64,000 nucleotides of DNA from Candidatus Marinacidobacterium sp. (GCA_965220965.1 CBDCRI010000001.1:96001-160000); one strand, 5' to 3'; positions 9,062 to 19,157 are shown, numbered from the stretch's first letter. Numbers and translations: made by a program. Notes: a model not told the origin generated them from the sequence alone.

Positions 9062-10153
9062 TCACAGCCTCCCGAACCCGGCCAGGTGCGCAGCGACCGC
9101 CTCGCCGAGGCGGCGCGCCAGCAGCGGCGGCACAGCGTTGCCCACCTGGCGCGCCACGCTGGCGAGCCCGCCGACGAACTCGAAGCCGTCGGGGAAGGTC
9201 TGCAGGCGGGCGGCCTCGCGGCCGGTGATGGCGCGGTCCTGCTCGGGGTGCCCGAAGCGCCCGCAGGAGTAGGTGGTGCAGCGGGTGGTCAGGGTCGGCG
9301 CCGGGGCGTCCCACGCCATGCGCCCGTAGACGCCGCGGAAGCGCTCCTCGCCGCGGTGGCAGTCGAGCCGCAGCCCGTCCGGCCAGCGCTCGCGGCCGCC
9401 GCCGGCCGGCGTCGCCCGGATGCGCCGCAGGTTGAGCGGGCTGAGCACCGAGGCGGCGTGCCCGTTGACGTTCGCGTCCGCCTCGCCGGCCGCCAGCGCC
9501 GGCAGGTCGGCGATCGCCCCGCGCACCGTCGCCGCGGCCCCGCCGGACGCCTGAGGCAGGGGCAGGGGGCCGTGCCGGGAGGCCGCCAGCAGCAGCCGGC
9601 TGCGGCGCTGCGGCACGCCGTGGCCCGCCATGTCCACGACCCCGCAGTCCACGTGGTAGCCCGCCGCCCGAAGCCTGTCGAGCACGGCGCGGAGCAGGAC
9701 CGCGTGGCGGGCCCGCTCGGCCAGCAGGGGCACGTTCTCCATGAGCGCCACGTCGGGACGGCAGGCCGCGACGGCGTCGGCGAAGCGCAGCATCAGCGGC
9801 CGGCGCCCGTCGCCCTCCGGAGGCGCGCGCAGGGCGCCGAAGTCGGTGAACGGCTGGCACGGCGGGCAGCCGACGAAGACGATGGGCGCGTCGCCTTGCG
9901 CCGCCGCCGCCGCCGCCAGCGCCCCCTCAGGGAGGGCGCGCACGTCGCCGCGGTGGAGCCGGCAGCCCGGCAGGTTGCGGGCGTGGGTGGCGGCGGCGTC
10001 CGCGTCGCTGTCCAGCGCCCACGCCAGGCGCAGCCCGGCGGCCTGCAGGCCGGCGCCGAAGCCGCCGCAGCCGCAGAAGAAGTCGAAGGCGGCCGGGGCC
10101 CGGCCGCGGGGCGCGGCCCGCCAGCCGTCGAGGCCGCCCGCGCCGCCGCTCAC
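9062..10153 (-). CDS. dcm: DNA (cytosine-5)-methyltransferase (second copy)
   Basis: FFCGCGG, GCPPCQPF, MENV, PQRRSR, GRFGHPEQDRAIT.REAARLQTFP, QVGNAVPP; GTG start overlaps the dotB stop. Confidence 0.92.
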   Translation of the reverse strand: MSGGAGGLDGWRAAPRGRAPAAFDFFCGCGGFGAGLQAAGLRLAWALDSDADAAATHARNLPGCRLHRGDVRALPEGALAAAAAAQGDAPIVFVGCPPCQPFTDFGALRAPPEGDGRRPLMLRFADAVAACRPDVALMENVPLLAERARHAVLLRAVLDRLRAAGYHVDCGVVDMAGHGVPQRRSRLLLAASRHGPLPLPQASGGAAATVRGAIADLPALAAGEADANVNGHAASVLSPLNLRRIRATPAGGGRERWPDGLRLDCHRGEERFRGVYGRMAWDAPAPTLTTRCTTYSCGRFGHPEQDRAITGREAARLQTFPDGFEFVGGLASVARQVGNAVPPLLARRLGEAVAAHLAGFGRL

Positions 10154-11304
10154 GCGGACACCAGCGCGCGCCGCAGCCCGTCCCAGTTGGCGAGCACGTC
10201 GTCCAGGGTGGCCTCGGAGATCAGCCCCTGGGCGCGCAGCGCGCGGGCGTGGCCCGACATGCTCTGCGCCTGGACCGCCTCGCCGTCCTCCAGGGCCTCG
10301 TAGATGGCGGCGGCCAGCCCGTCGCCGGACTCCATGAGCCGGTGGCGCAGCGTCTCGGTGAACGAGAGGCGCTCGCGCACCGCCACCCGGCCGCCGCCGG
10401 CCCGCGGCACCAGGCGCTGCGCGACCACCAGGCGCAGCGCCTGCAGGATGTTCTGGCGCGCCGACCGGCGCGCCCCGTCCGGGTAGGCCGAGAGCATGCG
10501 GTGCACGGTCTCGGCGACCGAGTTGGCGTGCAGGGTGGAGATGGCCGCATGGCCGGTCTGCGAGGCCTGCACGGTGGCCTCGATGGTCTCCTGGTCGCGC
10601 GACTCGCCGATCAGGATGACGTCGGGCGCCATGCGCAGGGCGTTGACGACGCCCGCCTGGAAGCTCTCGATGTCGGTGCCGACCTGCAGCTGGGTGACGA
10701 TCGAGCTGGGGCGGGGCACCTCGTCGAACACGTACTCGATGGGGCTCTCGATGGTGACCACGTTGCGGTGCGCGCGCTCGTCGGCGACGATGTGGCGGAT
10801 CAGCGAGGCCATCAGCGTGGACTTGCCGTGGCCGGTGCCGCCGCACACCAGGATGAGCCCTTGCCGGATCGAGCCGACGAAGTCGGCGAACGCGGGCTCG
10901 ACGCCGATGGCGTCGAGCGGCGGCGGCAGCGAGTCGATGGCGCGCATGGTCATGACCGTCGCCCGGCGCCCGCCGCGCAGGCACTGCACGGCGTTGACGC
11001 GGTAGCGGCGCGCCCCGTCCACCCCCTCGCCGAGGCGGGCGTAGCCGGTGTCGATCGGCTTGCCCGACGCCAGCCGCGCCTGGGCGTTGGCCCCGTACAT
11101 GTCGCGGGCGGCGAGCAGCGACATCAGCTCCGCGTCGCGCAGCCGGCGCTCCGACAGGGGCAGCTTGCGCCCCTCCACGGCCATCCAGGCCCGGTCCCCG
11201 GAGGGCAGGATGACGTCCGAGGCCCCGCGCCCCTGGGCGTGGGCCAGCACGGCGTCGAGGTCCTCCAGACGCTGCAGCTGGGCCGGGAAGCCCGGCATCG
11301 CCAC
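10150..11304 (-). CDS. dotB: Dot/Icm secretion ATPase DotB/TraJ (PilT-like)
   Basis: GGTGHGKST, ESPIEYVF, LRMAPDVILIGESRD, TGH..STLH; RYRVNA N-domain; dot/icm context. Confidence 0.88.
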   Translation of the reverse strand: MAMPGFPAQLQRLEDLDAVLAHAQGRGASDVILPSGDRAWMAVEGRKLPLSERRLRDAELMSLLAARDMYGANAQARLASGKPIDTGYARLGEGVDGARRYRVNAVQCLRGGRRATVMTMRAIDSLPPPLDAIGVEPAFADFVGSIRQGLILVCGGTGHGKSTLMASLIRHIVADERAHRNVVTIESPIEYVFDEVPRPSSIVTQLQVGTDIESFQAGVVNALRMAPDVILIGESRDQETIEATVQASQTGHAAISTLHANSVAETVHRMLSAYPDGARRSARQNILQALRLVVAQRLVPRAGGGRVAVRERLSFTETLRHRLMESGDGLAAAIYEALEDGEAVQAQSMSGHARALRAQGLISEATLDDVLANWDGLRRALVSA

Positions 11305-11310
11305 CCGGCG

Positions 11311-11532
11311 CTACTCCCGGGCGGCCCGCAGGCCCAGCATCAGGGCCTTGCCCGGCTGGGCGCCCTCAAGGTCGATGGTCACGCGCTCGACCACCTCCCT
11401 GCGAATGGTCACGGTCCGGGCGCCGACGCTGGCGGCGTGGCTCGCCGCCGCCTCGACCTCGCTGTCGAAGAACCGCCTCCCCGCCACGTTGCAGGTCACG
11501 CCGCTCTCCGTCCTCTGGCTGATCACCCTCAT
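11311..11532 (-). CDS. Hypothetical protein (73 aa)
   Basis: Strong SD (AAAGGAG), typical codon bias, fits the operon. Confidence 0.6.
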   Translation of the reverse strand: MRVISQRTESGVTCNVAGRRFFDSEVEAAASHAASVGARTVTIRREVVERVTIDLEGAQPGKALMLGLRAARE

Positions 11533-11608
11533 GGCCTCACTCCTTTCCTTTCAGTTTGCGTCCTTGCGGTGCCGCGGGCGCCGTCCGGCGCCCGCCCCCA
11601 TTGTTGCA

Positions 11609-11857
11609 TCAGCCGCCCGGATTGGGCTTCCGCGTCCCGGGCGGCGGCCCGGCGCGGGCCGCCCGCCCCCCGTCCGCGGCCAGCTCGGCAACGGCGGCGC
11701 GCACGGCCGCTTCGGCGTACTGCCGGCCCCCGGCCGGCCCCATCGGCCGGGTCAGCAGGGCGCCCATCACGCTGTTGCCGACGTCGCAGCCCTCCGCGAG
11801 CGAGGGGTCGTCCTTGATGGCGCGCTTCGCCATCTCGATCAGCTCCCGGTCCGACAT
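11609..11857 (-). CDS. Hypothetical protein (82 aa, MSDRELIEMAK...)
   Basis: GGAGG SD before ATG 11857; lies downstream of the TATAAT box. Confidence 0.6.
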   Translation of the reverse strand: MSDRELIEMAKRAIKDDPSLAEGCDVGNSVMGALLTRPMGPAGGRQYAEAAVRAAVAELAADGGRAARAGPPPGTRKPNPGG

Positions 11858-11923
11858 GCTTTTCGTCCTCCTGCGTTGGATCCGTCTCCCGCGGGCCCGC
11901 CTCGGCGGCCCCGCCAGCGACAG

Positions 11924-11939
11924 ATGTATTATACCATAG
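11924..11939 (-). promoter_or_regulatory. Extended -10 box CTATGGTATAATACAT
   Basis: Identical 16-mer at 56599-56614; 14-mer at 59532-59545. Confidence 0.7.
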
Positions 11940-12018
11940 ACCGCTCCGGGCGCGGGGGGACCGTTCGGCCGCGGCATCGTACAATCCCCGGGGACGCTTC
12001 ACGCAAGGAGACCGCCCG

Positions 12019-12366
12019 ATGACGCAGGAGACCGTTGAGTCCGTGGTCGCCAAGGCCCTGGCCGGCCGGCCGGCCGCGGACTGGACCGGGGCCGAGGCGC
12101 GCCTGCTGGCCCACGCCCTGCACCCGGCCGGGGGGCGGCTGCGCTCGGCCAACCCGCGCCCGACCGCCGAGGACCGCGAGGTGCTCGCCATCTGCCGCGG
12201 CCTGTTCGGCGCCCTCGGCATCGAGGTGCCGGCCGCGCTGCGCGCCCTGCGCGACCGCCTGCCGGAGCCGGGGGCGGCGGAGCGCGCGGCCGCCGACCGG
12301 GTGCGGGCGCGGCTGCTCGAGGCGGTTCGCCGCCGCGACCCGCTGGCCTGGGGGGACGCCGCGTGA
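12019..12366 (+). CDS. Hypothetical protein (115 aa)
   Basis: AAGGAG SD, TACAAT at 11980, GTGA coupling to the next gene. Confidence 0.65.
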   Translation: MTQETVESVVAKALAGRPAADWTGAEARLLAHALHPAGGRLRSANPRPTAEDREVLAICRGLFGALGIEVPAALRALRDRLPEPGAAERAAADRVRARLLEAVRRRDPLAWGDAA

Positions 12367-13268
12367 GCCGCCGGCCCGCCCTCGCCGAGGGCCACGCCGC
12401 GGTCGGCGCCGTCGCCCGCCTGGTGGAGGCGCTGTCGGCGCCGGCCACCGTCCGCCATCTCGCCACCGCCGCCGAGGCCGGCGGGGGCGGGGGCGCCCCG
12501 CTGCAGGCGGTGATGGTGCTGCACGGCCCGGCCGCCGCCCGCCTGATCGCGCCGGGCATCGACGGGGCGCGCACGCCGAAGGCGTACGTCGACGCCGCCT
12601 GCCTGGCCGAGGCCTCCTTCCAGGCCCTCATGGAGGCCGGCGAGGCCGAGGTCGCCGGCCACGGGCTGATCCTGTCGATCGACCCGAAGGCCGACACCGA
12701 CCTCGACTTCTCGGGCATGTTCTCCGGCGGCCTGCACTTCTGGGCGCAGGCGCGGCCGCCGGGCGGCGGCGTCGAGTGCGTCCTGTGCCTGCCCGAGCCG
12801 GCCTGGATCGCCCTGCACCTGGCGGAGACCCACGGCCCCGGCGAGCGCGTCGCCCTGGCCCAGCTGATGGACGCCTGCGGCGACGCGGCGCTCGGCCAGG
12901 CCCTCAACCGCCTGCGCCAGGACAACCCGCTGCCCGCCGCCTTCCGCGCGGCCAGCCACTTCCTTGACGCCATGGGCGAGCTGGCGGTGGGCGGCCGGGC
13001 GCGGGCGGCGGCGCTGGCCGCCGGGCTCGACATGCCCTCCGGCCACCGCGCCGCGCTGAAGGACCGGCTGGGGCTGCCGCCGCCGCCCGGCGCCGGGCGG
13101 CGGCGGCCGCGCGACTGGACGCTCGACGAGCTCCTGGAGGACGTGCCCCTGCTTGACGGGGCGCTCGCGGAGCGGGCCAGCGCCTGGGAGGTGGAGCGCT
13201 CGATGCAGTGGCTGGCCGGGGAGGCCGCCAGCGGCCCCGGCGCCCCGCGGGCCGGCCCGGCCGTCTGA
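12363..13268 (+). CDS. Hypothetical protein (301 aa)
   Basis: Codon bias and protein-like composition; no family recognised. Confidence 0.65.
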   Translation: MSRRPALAEGHAAVGAVARLVEALSAPATVRHLATAAEAGGGGGAPLQAVMVLHGPAAARLIAPGIDGARTPKAYVDAACLAEASFQALMEAGEAEVAGHGLILSIDPKADTDLDFSGMFSGGLHFWAQARPPGGGVECVLCLPEPAWIALHLAETHGPGERVALAQLMDACGDAALGQALNRLRQDNPLPAAFRAASHFLDAMGELAVGGRARAAALAAGLDMPSGHRAALKDRLGLPPPPGAGRRRPRDWTLDELLEDVPLLDGALAERASAWEVERSMQWLAGEAASGPGAPRAGPAV

Positions 13269-13280
13269 GGCCGGGCGCCG

Positions 13281-16232
13281 TCAGCCCGGGGCCGGCGCCT
13301 CCAGCGCGATGAGGTCCGCCAGGCGCGCCGGGTCGCGCGCCCCGCCCTCGTCCTGCGCCTCGATCCAGGACACCGCCGAGCCGCCCGGGAAGCGCTCCGC
13401 CAGGCGGGCGATGGCCTGCGCGAAGCCCATGCGGCGCACCAACTCCCTGCGCAGCGCCACGTCCTGCGGCGTGGTGGAGTAGGCCCAGACCTCCGCCGCC
13501 CCCAGGGTCAGCCGCAGGACCTGCTCGACGCGCTCGGCGACGTTGTCGAGCCGGCCGAGGTAGAGCATGGAGGAGCCCTCGTGGCGCGAGGGGCCGGTGA
13601 CGTGGCGCTCGTAGTCCGCCATGGCGTCGTCGGACGGCTTGAAGCGCCTCGCGATCTGCTCGACCCCGAGCTTCGACGACGGCTGGCCCATCACCCAGAT
13701 GTTGGTGGCGAGCTCCACCATGTCGTCGTCGAAGTCGTCGAGCAGCTGCGAGACCAGGCAGATGCGCACCCCGTACTTGCGGCCCTCGCGGATGTCGCGG
13801 ACCACCTGCTCGCGGACCTGCCGGGAGCCGCGGGTGCGGTGGAACTCGTCGTAGCAGATGCGCTTCACGGCGCGCTGGTCGGCGCGCACGGCGTCGAGGT
13901 GGTGCTGCCGGTACAGGTCCGGAACCTCGCCGACCGACTCCTCGTCGCGGTAGAAGCCCGCGCACAGCATCTGCCTGGCCAGCAGGTAGTACAGCGCGGT
14001 CTGCTTGTCGCCGCGGCCGCTGCCGCCCTGCGCCACCTGGGCGAGGTCCACGGCGACCACCCGCGCCTGGCTGACCGCGAAGCTGCTCGGCCTGCCGAGC
14101 GCCGGGTTGTCGCGGACCGCCAGCGAGATCATGCCCACCATGTAGCTGATCGGCGACTCGCCGCCGATGCGCGCCCCCTCGTCGAGGTCGCGCAGCGCGG
14201 TCGAGGCGTTCAGCGCCGCCGGGATGTCCTGCAGGGTGGGCACGGCGAAGCGCTGCGCCAGGGTCGCCGCGTGGACGTCGCCGGCGCGGAACAGGCCGTC
14301 GACCACCTGCCACCAGGAGGTGCGCCCGTCCACCACCTCCAGGCCGACGCGCTCCACCGCCCGCGCCACCGCCTCCGGGGCGGCGGCCGGGTCGTACTCC
14401 TTGGCGTTGGCCCCGGGGGCGAAGTGGGCGTAGGTCTCGTCCACCGCCTGGCTGACGAACTCCGCGAGGCGCTCCGGGGCCTCGCGGGCGCCCGCCGGGC
14501 TCAGCAGCAGGGTGAGGAACGAGACCATCCACGAGCGGTCCATGGCCGGCGGGAAGGGGCAGCCCAGCGGGGTGTCCAGGGGGTTGATCGCCTCCGCCCC
14601 CTCCTCCTGGCGGAAGGTGAACGACTGCGCCAGGTGGCGCTGGCCCTCCGGCAGCACCTCGCGCACCAGGTCGATGAACAGCGAGGCCGAGTAGCCGACG
14701 TCGATGATGGCGATGCGCGGCACCGCCTCGTTGGCCGGGTCGCACAGCAGCGACAGGTTGTCGGCGGCGAGCTTCAGGCTCTTGCCCGCCCCGGGCGGGG
14801 CGAACACCAGGTCCGAGGACAGGGCCTGCAGGGCGCCGCCCTGGGCGACCGGGAACAGGCGGTTGTCCACCGTGCGCAGCAGGGCGCCGCCGCGCCGCCA
14901 GGGCGCGCGCGGGCGCAGGAACGGGCAGATCGTCACCGCCTCCGCCAGCGGCGCCGCGCACGGCGGGGCCACCGACGAGGGGGTGAAGCCGGGCTGCGCG
15001 GACAGCCACGCCTCCACCGGGTCGCCGCGGTCCGCCACCACCGACGGCCCGCCCCAGGACTCCAGCGCCCGGACCAGCACGCTGAGCCGGTCGCGGACCT
15101 CCTCCGGGGAGCGGCCGCTGGTCGCCGCCTGCACCTGGCAGGCCACCAGCACGCCCTGGCGCGCGTAGTCCTGGAGCTGGCGCATCGCCTCCAGGATCGA
15201 GCGGTTCTGCGAGGCCGTCCAGGCGATCACCGAGGCCAGCGCCTCCTTCAGCTTGAGCTTGCCGAGAATGTCCTCGTGGCCGCTGGTGAGGGTGATCGAG
15301 ACCTGCCAGGGGATGCCGTCGGGCACCGCCCGGAACAGGCCGGCGAACGGCTCCGGGGCGGCCGGCAGCATGTCCATCGACAGCGTGCCGTGCCAGCGCC
15401 CGCCGAGCCGGACCAGCCCCTCGCGGGCCTCCGGGGCGTCGGTGAACAGCTGGTGGGCGATCGGCGGGGTGAACAGGCACGAGCCGTCCATGCCGCCCTC
15501 CACCTCGCGCACCACGCGCATGGCCGGCCGGCCGCCGAGCAGCCTGGGGCGCCATTTCGGGCCGCCGGTCGGCGCGATGTGCCCGCGCAGGCTCAGCATC
15601 GCGTCCGCGCAGCGCATCGGCTCCAGCCCGGCCACCCCGCTGAAGGCGCTCTCCAGCATGCGCCGGTTGGCGGCGTGCGCCCGGCGCAGGTCCCCCAGGC
15701 CGACGTTGGGCGACATCGCGTACTCGCCGAGGCGCGCCGGCAGGTCGAACCGCCGCAGGGCCTCCGCGGCGCGCCGGCGGGCCGACTTGAGCTCGACGTC
15801 GGTGAGCGACTCGGGCAGGGTCGAGAGCACCAGCACGCAGCGCTCCTCGGCGACGCGCTCCGAGAGCGCGGCGATGCGCGCCTCCAGCAGGCCGCCGACC
15901 TCCAGGCCGAGCCGCTCCGCCGCGCCCAGGGTCGGGCCGAGGGCGTCGCGGACCCGGCTCTCGGCCAGCTCCGGCAGGCGCGAGAAGACCGCCTGCAGGC
16001 GGATGCCGGGGGCGCGCAGCGACGCCTCCAGGCGGGCCACCAGCCGGCCGACGCGCTCCGCCGCCCCGGCGTCGCTGACCGCGCCGTAGGAGCCGACCGC
16101 CTCGTAGAAGGTGGCGAACCCGCCCGAGGCCAGGGCGAAGTCGGCCTCGCCCTCGTCCGCCTCCAGCTGGCAGAGGTCCATGACGTCCGACTTCAGCTGG
16201 CGCCGCAGGCCGCGCAGGACGGCGCGGATCAC
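13281..16232 (-). CDS. icmB: IcmB/DotO (TraU) VirB4-like ATPase
   Basis: About 983 aa; FAPPGAGKS, IIDVGYS, INPLDTPLG, CYDEFHRT, REGRKYG, WAYSTT; start reassigned to GTG 16232. Confidence 0.9.
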   Translation of the reverse strand: MIRAVLRGLRRQLKSDVMDLCQLEADEGEADFALASGGFATFYEAVGSYGAVSDAGAAERVGRLVARLEASLRAPGIRLQAVFSRLPELAESRVRDALGPTLGAAERLGLEVGGLLEARIAALSERVAEERCVLVLSTLPESLTDVELKSARRRAAEALRRFDLPARLGEYAMSPNVGLGDLRRAHAANRRMLESAFSGVAGLEPMRCADAMLSLRGHIAPTGGPKWRPRLLGGRPAMRVVREVEGGMDGSCLFTPPIAHQLFTDAPEAREGLVRLGGRWHGTLSMDMLPAAPEPFAGLFRAVPDGIPWQVSITLTSGHEDILGKLKLKEALASVIAWTASQNRSILEAMRQLQDYARQGVLVACQVQAATSGRSPEEVRDRLSVLVRALESWGGPSVVADRGDPVEAWLSAQPGFTPSSVAPPCAAPLAEAVTICPFLRPRAPWRRGGALLRTVDNRLFPVAQGGALQALSSDLVFAPPGAGKSLKLAADNLSLLCDPANEAVPRIAIIDVGYSASLFIDLVREVLPEGQRHLAQSFTFRQEEGAEAINPLDTPLGCPFPPAMDRSWMVSFLTLLLSPAGAREAPERLAEFVSQAVDETYAHFAPGANAKEYDPAAAPEAVARAVERVGLEVVDGRTSWWQVVDGLFRAGDVHAATLAQRFAVPTLQDIPAALNASTALRDLDEGARIGGESPISYMVGMISLAVRDNPALGRPSSFAVSQARVVAVDLAQVAQGGSGRGDKQTALYYLLARQMLCAGFYRDEESVGEVPDLYRQHHLDAVRADQRAVKRICYDEFHRTRGSRQVREQVVRDIREGRKYGVRICLVSQLLDDFDDDMVELATNIWVMGQPSSKLGVEQIARRFKPSDDAMADYERHVTGPSRHEGSSMLYLGRLDNVAERVEQVLRLTLGAAEVWAYSTTPQDVALRRELVRRMGFAQAIARLAERFPGGSAVSWIEAQDEGGARDPARLADLIALEAPAPG

Positions 16233-16462
16233 GCCGCCCGCCCGGCGCCCTTGAGGCGCTTGATGAGCGCCCGCATCGCCGCCACGCGCCGGCGGTCGTC
16301 GTCGATCGCCAGCGCCCGGTCGGCCTCGCACCGGACGCTAAGCGCCTCGGCCGGCGCCAGCGGGGCCAGCGCCGCGTCGAGCAGGCGCCGCGGGTCGTCG
16401 CGCAGCCTGCGCGGGGCGTCGCCGAGCAGCGCCTCGTCGATGGCGTCGAGCTCCCCGCTCAC
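16229..16462 (-). CDS. Small hypothetical protein in the icmJ-icmB operon (77 aa)
   Basis: GTGA overlaps at both ends. Confidence 0.55.
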   Translation of the reverse strand: MSGELDAIDEALLGDAPRRLRDDPRRLLDAALAPLAPAEALSVRCEADRALAIDDDRRRVAAMRALIKRLKGAGRAA

Positions 16463-17616
16463 GGCAGCGTCGCCTGGGGGATCAGGCCGTAGTCGCGCGC
16501 CACCCCGTCGCACACCGCCTCCTCGCCCGGCGGCACGAACGCCACCAGCCGCCCGTGGGCGTGCGAGCCGACGCAGATGGAGTGCTGCGCCAGCGCCTCC
16601 GCATAGCGCGAGGTCAGCGCCCGGTCGTAGGCGCGCTGCCAGACCGCCGCCGCGCCCGCGCTCCGGTCGGAGCCGCGCAGGGCGAAGGCGGCCAGCACGT
16701 TCTCCAGGAACAGCCCGGTGCCGGTGTCGACCCAGGGGGCCTTGAGCAGGCGCGCCACGGCGTCCGGCAGGGGGCAGCGGGCGGCGTCCGCCAGGTGCGC
16801 CTCGAGGATGCGCACCTCGGCGAAGCGGGCCACGTGCAGCACCTCCGGCAGGGCCGCCCACTCGCGCAGGACGCCGGCCCCGGCGCCGAAGGTGGCGAAG
16901 GGGGCGAAGTCGGGGCTGGTCCGGGTCAGCGAGATGCGCAGCAGGGCGGTCCGGCCCGAACCGGCGAGGTCCGCCAGCCAGCCCACCGCCGCCTTGGTGC
17001 CCGCCAGGGCCCTGCCGTCCACGTGGCCGAAGGGGCGCCGCGGGTGCTTGGCGGACGCGCTCCACTCGGCCCCCGGCGCCGGCACCGGGCGCGTCAGCAG
17101 CCAATGGGCGAGCGCCGCGCGCGGCAGCATGAACGTCCGCGTCGCCGCGCCGGCCAGCGGCCGGCCCTTCATGCCCTGGTTGATCTGGTGGGCGTTGGCC
17201 AGGCCGTCGGCGACCGGCGGCGGCGGGCGGCGGCGCATGGGCCCGGTGACCAGCGCGCCGCGCAGCGCGTGCGCCAGCCGGTAGCCGCCGCTGACCGGGC
17301 AGACGCGCTCGGCCAGCGACAGGCACCGCGCCGCCGCCACGCCCGCCGCCTGCGCCGCCTCGCGCCCCCTCGGGGGCAGCCCGAGCTCCGCCAGCAGCGC
17401 CCCCGTGCGGGTGCGCAGGTACTGGTCGTCGGCGAAGTTGCCGGCCGCCCCCAGGCCGCTTTCGCGGAACTCGCCGAAGTCGCAGTTGGTGATCCAGAAC
17501 ACGTCCGAGGGCAGCTCGCGCGGCTGAGCGAAGGCCTTGGCGGGCTCGCCGCCGAGCGAGGCCCAGCCCTCCGCCGGCCGGGCCGGCGCGTCGAACAGCG
17601 CGACGCCGGCCTTCAC
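16459..17616 (-). CDS. Hypothetical protein of the dot/icm operon (385 aa)
   Basis: VKAGVALFD..GWASLGG..LPSDVFWITN; translationally coupled on both sides. Confidence 0.7.
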   Translation of the reverse strand: MKAGVALFDAPARPAEGWASLGGEPAKAFAQPRELPSDVFWITNCDFGEFRESGLGAAGNFADDQYLRTRTGALLAELGLPPRGREAAQAAGVAAARCLSLAERVCPVSGGYRLAHALRGALVTGPMRRRPPPPVADGLANAHQINQGMKGRPLAGAATRTFMLPRAALAHWLLTRPVPAPGAEWSASAKHPRRPFGHVDGRALAGTKAAVGWLADLAGSGRTALLRISLTRTSPDFAPFATFGAGAGVLREWAALPEVLHVARFAEVRILEAHLADAARCPLPDAVARLLKAPWVDTGTGLFLENVLAAFALRGSDRSAGAAAVWQRAYDRALTSRYAEALAQHSICVGSHAHGRLVAFVPPGEEAVCDGVARDYGLIPQATLP

Positions 17617-18350
17617 GCGCCCGCCGCCCGCACCAGCATCGCGCCGATGGCCCTGCCGGGCTCGAGGCCCGGGTGCAGCGCCTCGAGCAGGGCCGAGGCC
17701 CGCGCCAGCGCGTCCTCGCGCAGCCCGTCCAGGCGGCCCGAGCGGCGCATCGCCTCCAGCTCGCGGTCGTAGGCCTCGGGGGCGTACCAGAGGCAGAAGC
17801 CGGCCAGCACCTCGCCGCGGCGGGCGTAGTCGGCGTCGCCGAGGGCCGCCAGCTGGGCGCCGAAGTGGGCGGCGTCGCTGTGGCCGAGGCGCGCCACGGC
17901 GCCGCGCCGGCCCGCCTCCAGCAGGGCGGCGGGCATGGTCTCCACGTACTCGCGCCACTGCCGCTCGCGCAGGCCCTCCGGGGCGGGCAGCAGGGCGGAG
18001 TAGCGCAGCGCGCGCTGCGCCTGGTGCCAGATGCCGAGCGGCACGTCGGCCATCGGCGCGAAGTGGCACAGCTCGGCGCGCCCGCTGGCGCCCTGGAAGC
18101 CGACGTGGCAGGCGCCGTGGCACAGGCGGCAGGCGGTCGCGAGGTTGGCCAGCGCGTTGTTGGCGTGGTCGTCGTCGAGGTGGTGGACCTCCATCGCGCC
18201 CTCCAGCCGCCAGCCGCACCAGCGGCAGGCGTGGCCGTCCCGCTCCAGCGCCTTCGGGCGCTGGCGCGCGAAGTCGGCGTTGGCCGCCTCGGCGTGGGGG
18301 TCGTCGGCGCGGAACGGGCCGCGCTTCACCGAGAGCCTAAGCGGCTCCAC
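17613..18350 (-). CDS. icmJ: IcmJ/DotN (HNH-fold zinc protein)
   Basis: RDGHACRWCG..EVHHLDDDHANN..NLATACRLCH; located upstream of icmB. Confidence 0.8.
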   Translation of the reverse strand: MEPLRLSVKRGPFRADDPHAEAANADFARQRPKALERDGHACRWCGWRLEGAMEVHHLDDDHANNALANLATACRLCHGACHVGFQGASGRAELCHFAPMADVPLGIWHQAQRALRYSALLPAPEGLRERQWREYVETMPAALLEAGRRGAVARLGHSDAAHFGAQLAALGDADYARRGEVLAGFCLWYAPEAYDRELEAMRRSGRLDGLREDALARASALLEALHPGLEPGRAIGAMLVRAAGA

Positions 18351-18747
18351 AGGCGGCGCACAGCGCGGGGGCCTGGCCCCACGCGCCCCTCGGGTTCATC
18401 ATCTCGGCGACGAAGCGCACCAGGAACGGCAGCAGGACGGCGAGCAGGCCGCAGGCCAGCAGGATCAGGCCCTGGCGCACCTTCTCCGGCTTCCACGGCG
18501 ACTTGCGCAGCCCGTCGTGGAGGTGGCGCCCCGCGACCAGCAGCAGGACGGCGCCGAACGCGAACAGGGCGAAGACGCCGAAGCGCAGCACCGCCTGCAG
18601 CTGCTCTGAGAGGCCCTCCGCCACCTCGCCGATCTGCGCGGCGGCGGGGGCCGGCGCCAGCAGCAGGGCGGACGGCCAGCGGCGCGCCCGCACGGCGCGC
18701 GCGGCGGAGCGGCCGGCCCGTTCGGCCACCCACCGCGCCAGCGTCAT
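18337..18747 (-). CDS. IcmC/IcmD/TraQ/TraR-like pilin-like membrane protein
   Basis: Signal peptide (AAA-Q), two TM helices, GLLAVLLPF. Confidence 0.6.
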   Translation of the reverse strand: MTLARWVAERAGRSAARAVRARRWPSALLLAPAPAAAQIGEVAEGLSEQLQAVLRFGVFALFAFGAVLLLVAGRHLHDGLRKSPWKPEKVRQGLILLACGLLAVLLPFLVRFVAEMMNPRGAWGQAPALCAACGAA

Positions 18748-19157
18748 TGGGTGGAGCTGTAGCGGTTCAGCGGGTCGTCATCCTTCACCGCATTGACGGC
18801 GTTGTCGCTGTCCTGCCCGGTCACGGTCTCCGCGGACAGGTCCACCAGGAAGGGCAGCGAGATCAGGGCGGGGCCGAGCAGAGCCATGGCCAGGCCCTTG
18901 CGCATCTCTTCGCCTTGCCTGGTGTCCTTGCTGTACTTGATCAGGGCCATCACGCCGGCCCCGGTGATGGCCAGGCCCACCACCACGAAGACGGTGGTGA
19001 GCAGCCCGCTCACCGACTGCAGCTGGTTGATCCAGCCGGCCTGCTGGCCCTCGATGCCCACGGTCTGCGCCCAGGCGCCGCCGCACAGGGCCAGGCTGGC
19101 GAGCGCGGCCGCCGCGCGGGCCCCAAGGGCCCGCAGTCTCTCAATGTCTCCTTTCAT
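18744..19157 (-). CDS. IcmD/TraR-like pilin-like membrane protein
   Basis: Signal peptide (AWA-Q), TM-loop-TM, GPALISLP; GGAGG SD. Confidence 0.7.
   Translation of the reverse strand: MKGDIERLRALGARAAAALASLALCGGAWAQTVGIEGQQAGWINQLQSVSGLLTTVFVVVGLAITGAGVMALIKYSKDTRQGEEMRKGLAMALLGPALISLPFLVDLSAETVTGQDSDNAVNAVKDDDPLNRYSSTQ

Noticed and set aside
10150-11304. Twitching-motility PilT
   Set aside because: No AIRNLIRE motif; dot/icm context supports DotB
17613-18350. Homing or restriction HNH endonuclease
   Set aside because: Size, motifs and position upstream of icmB fit IcmJ/DotN
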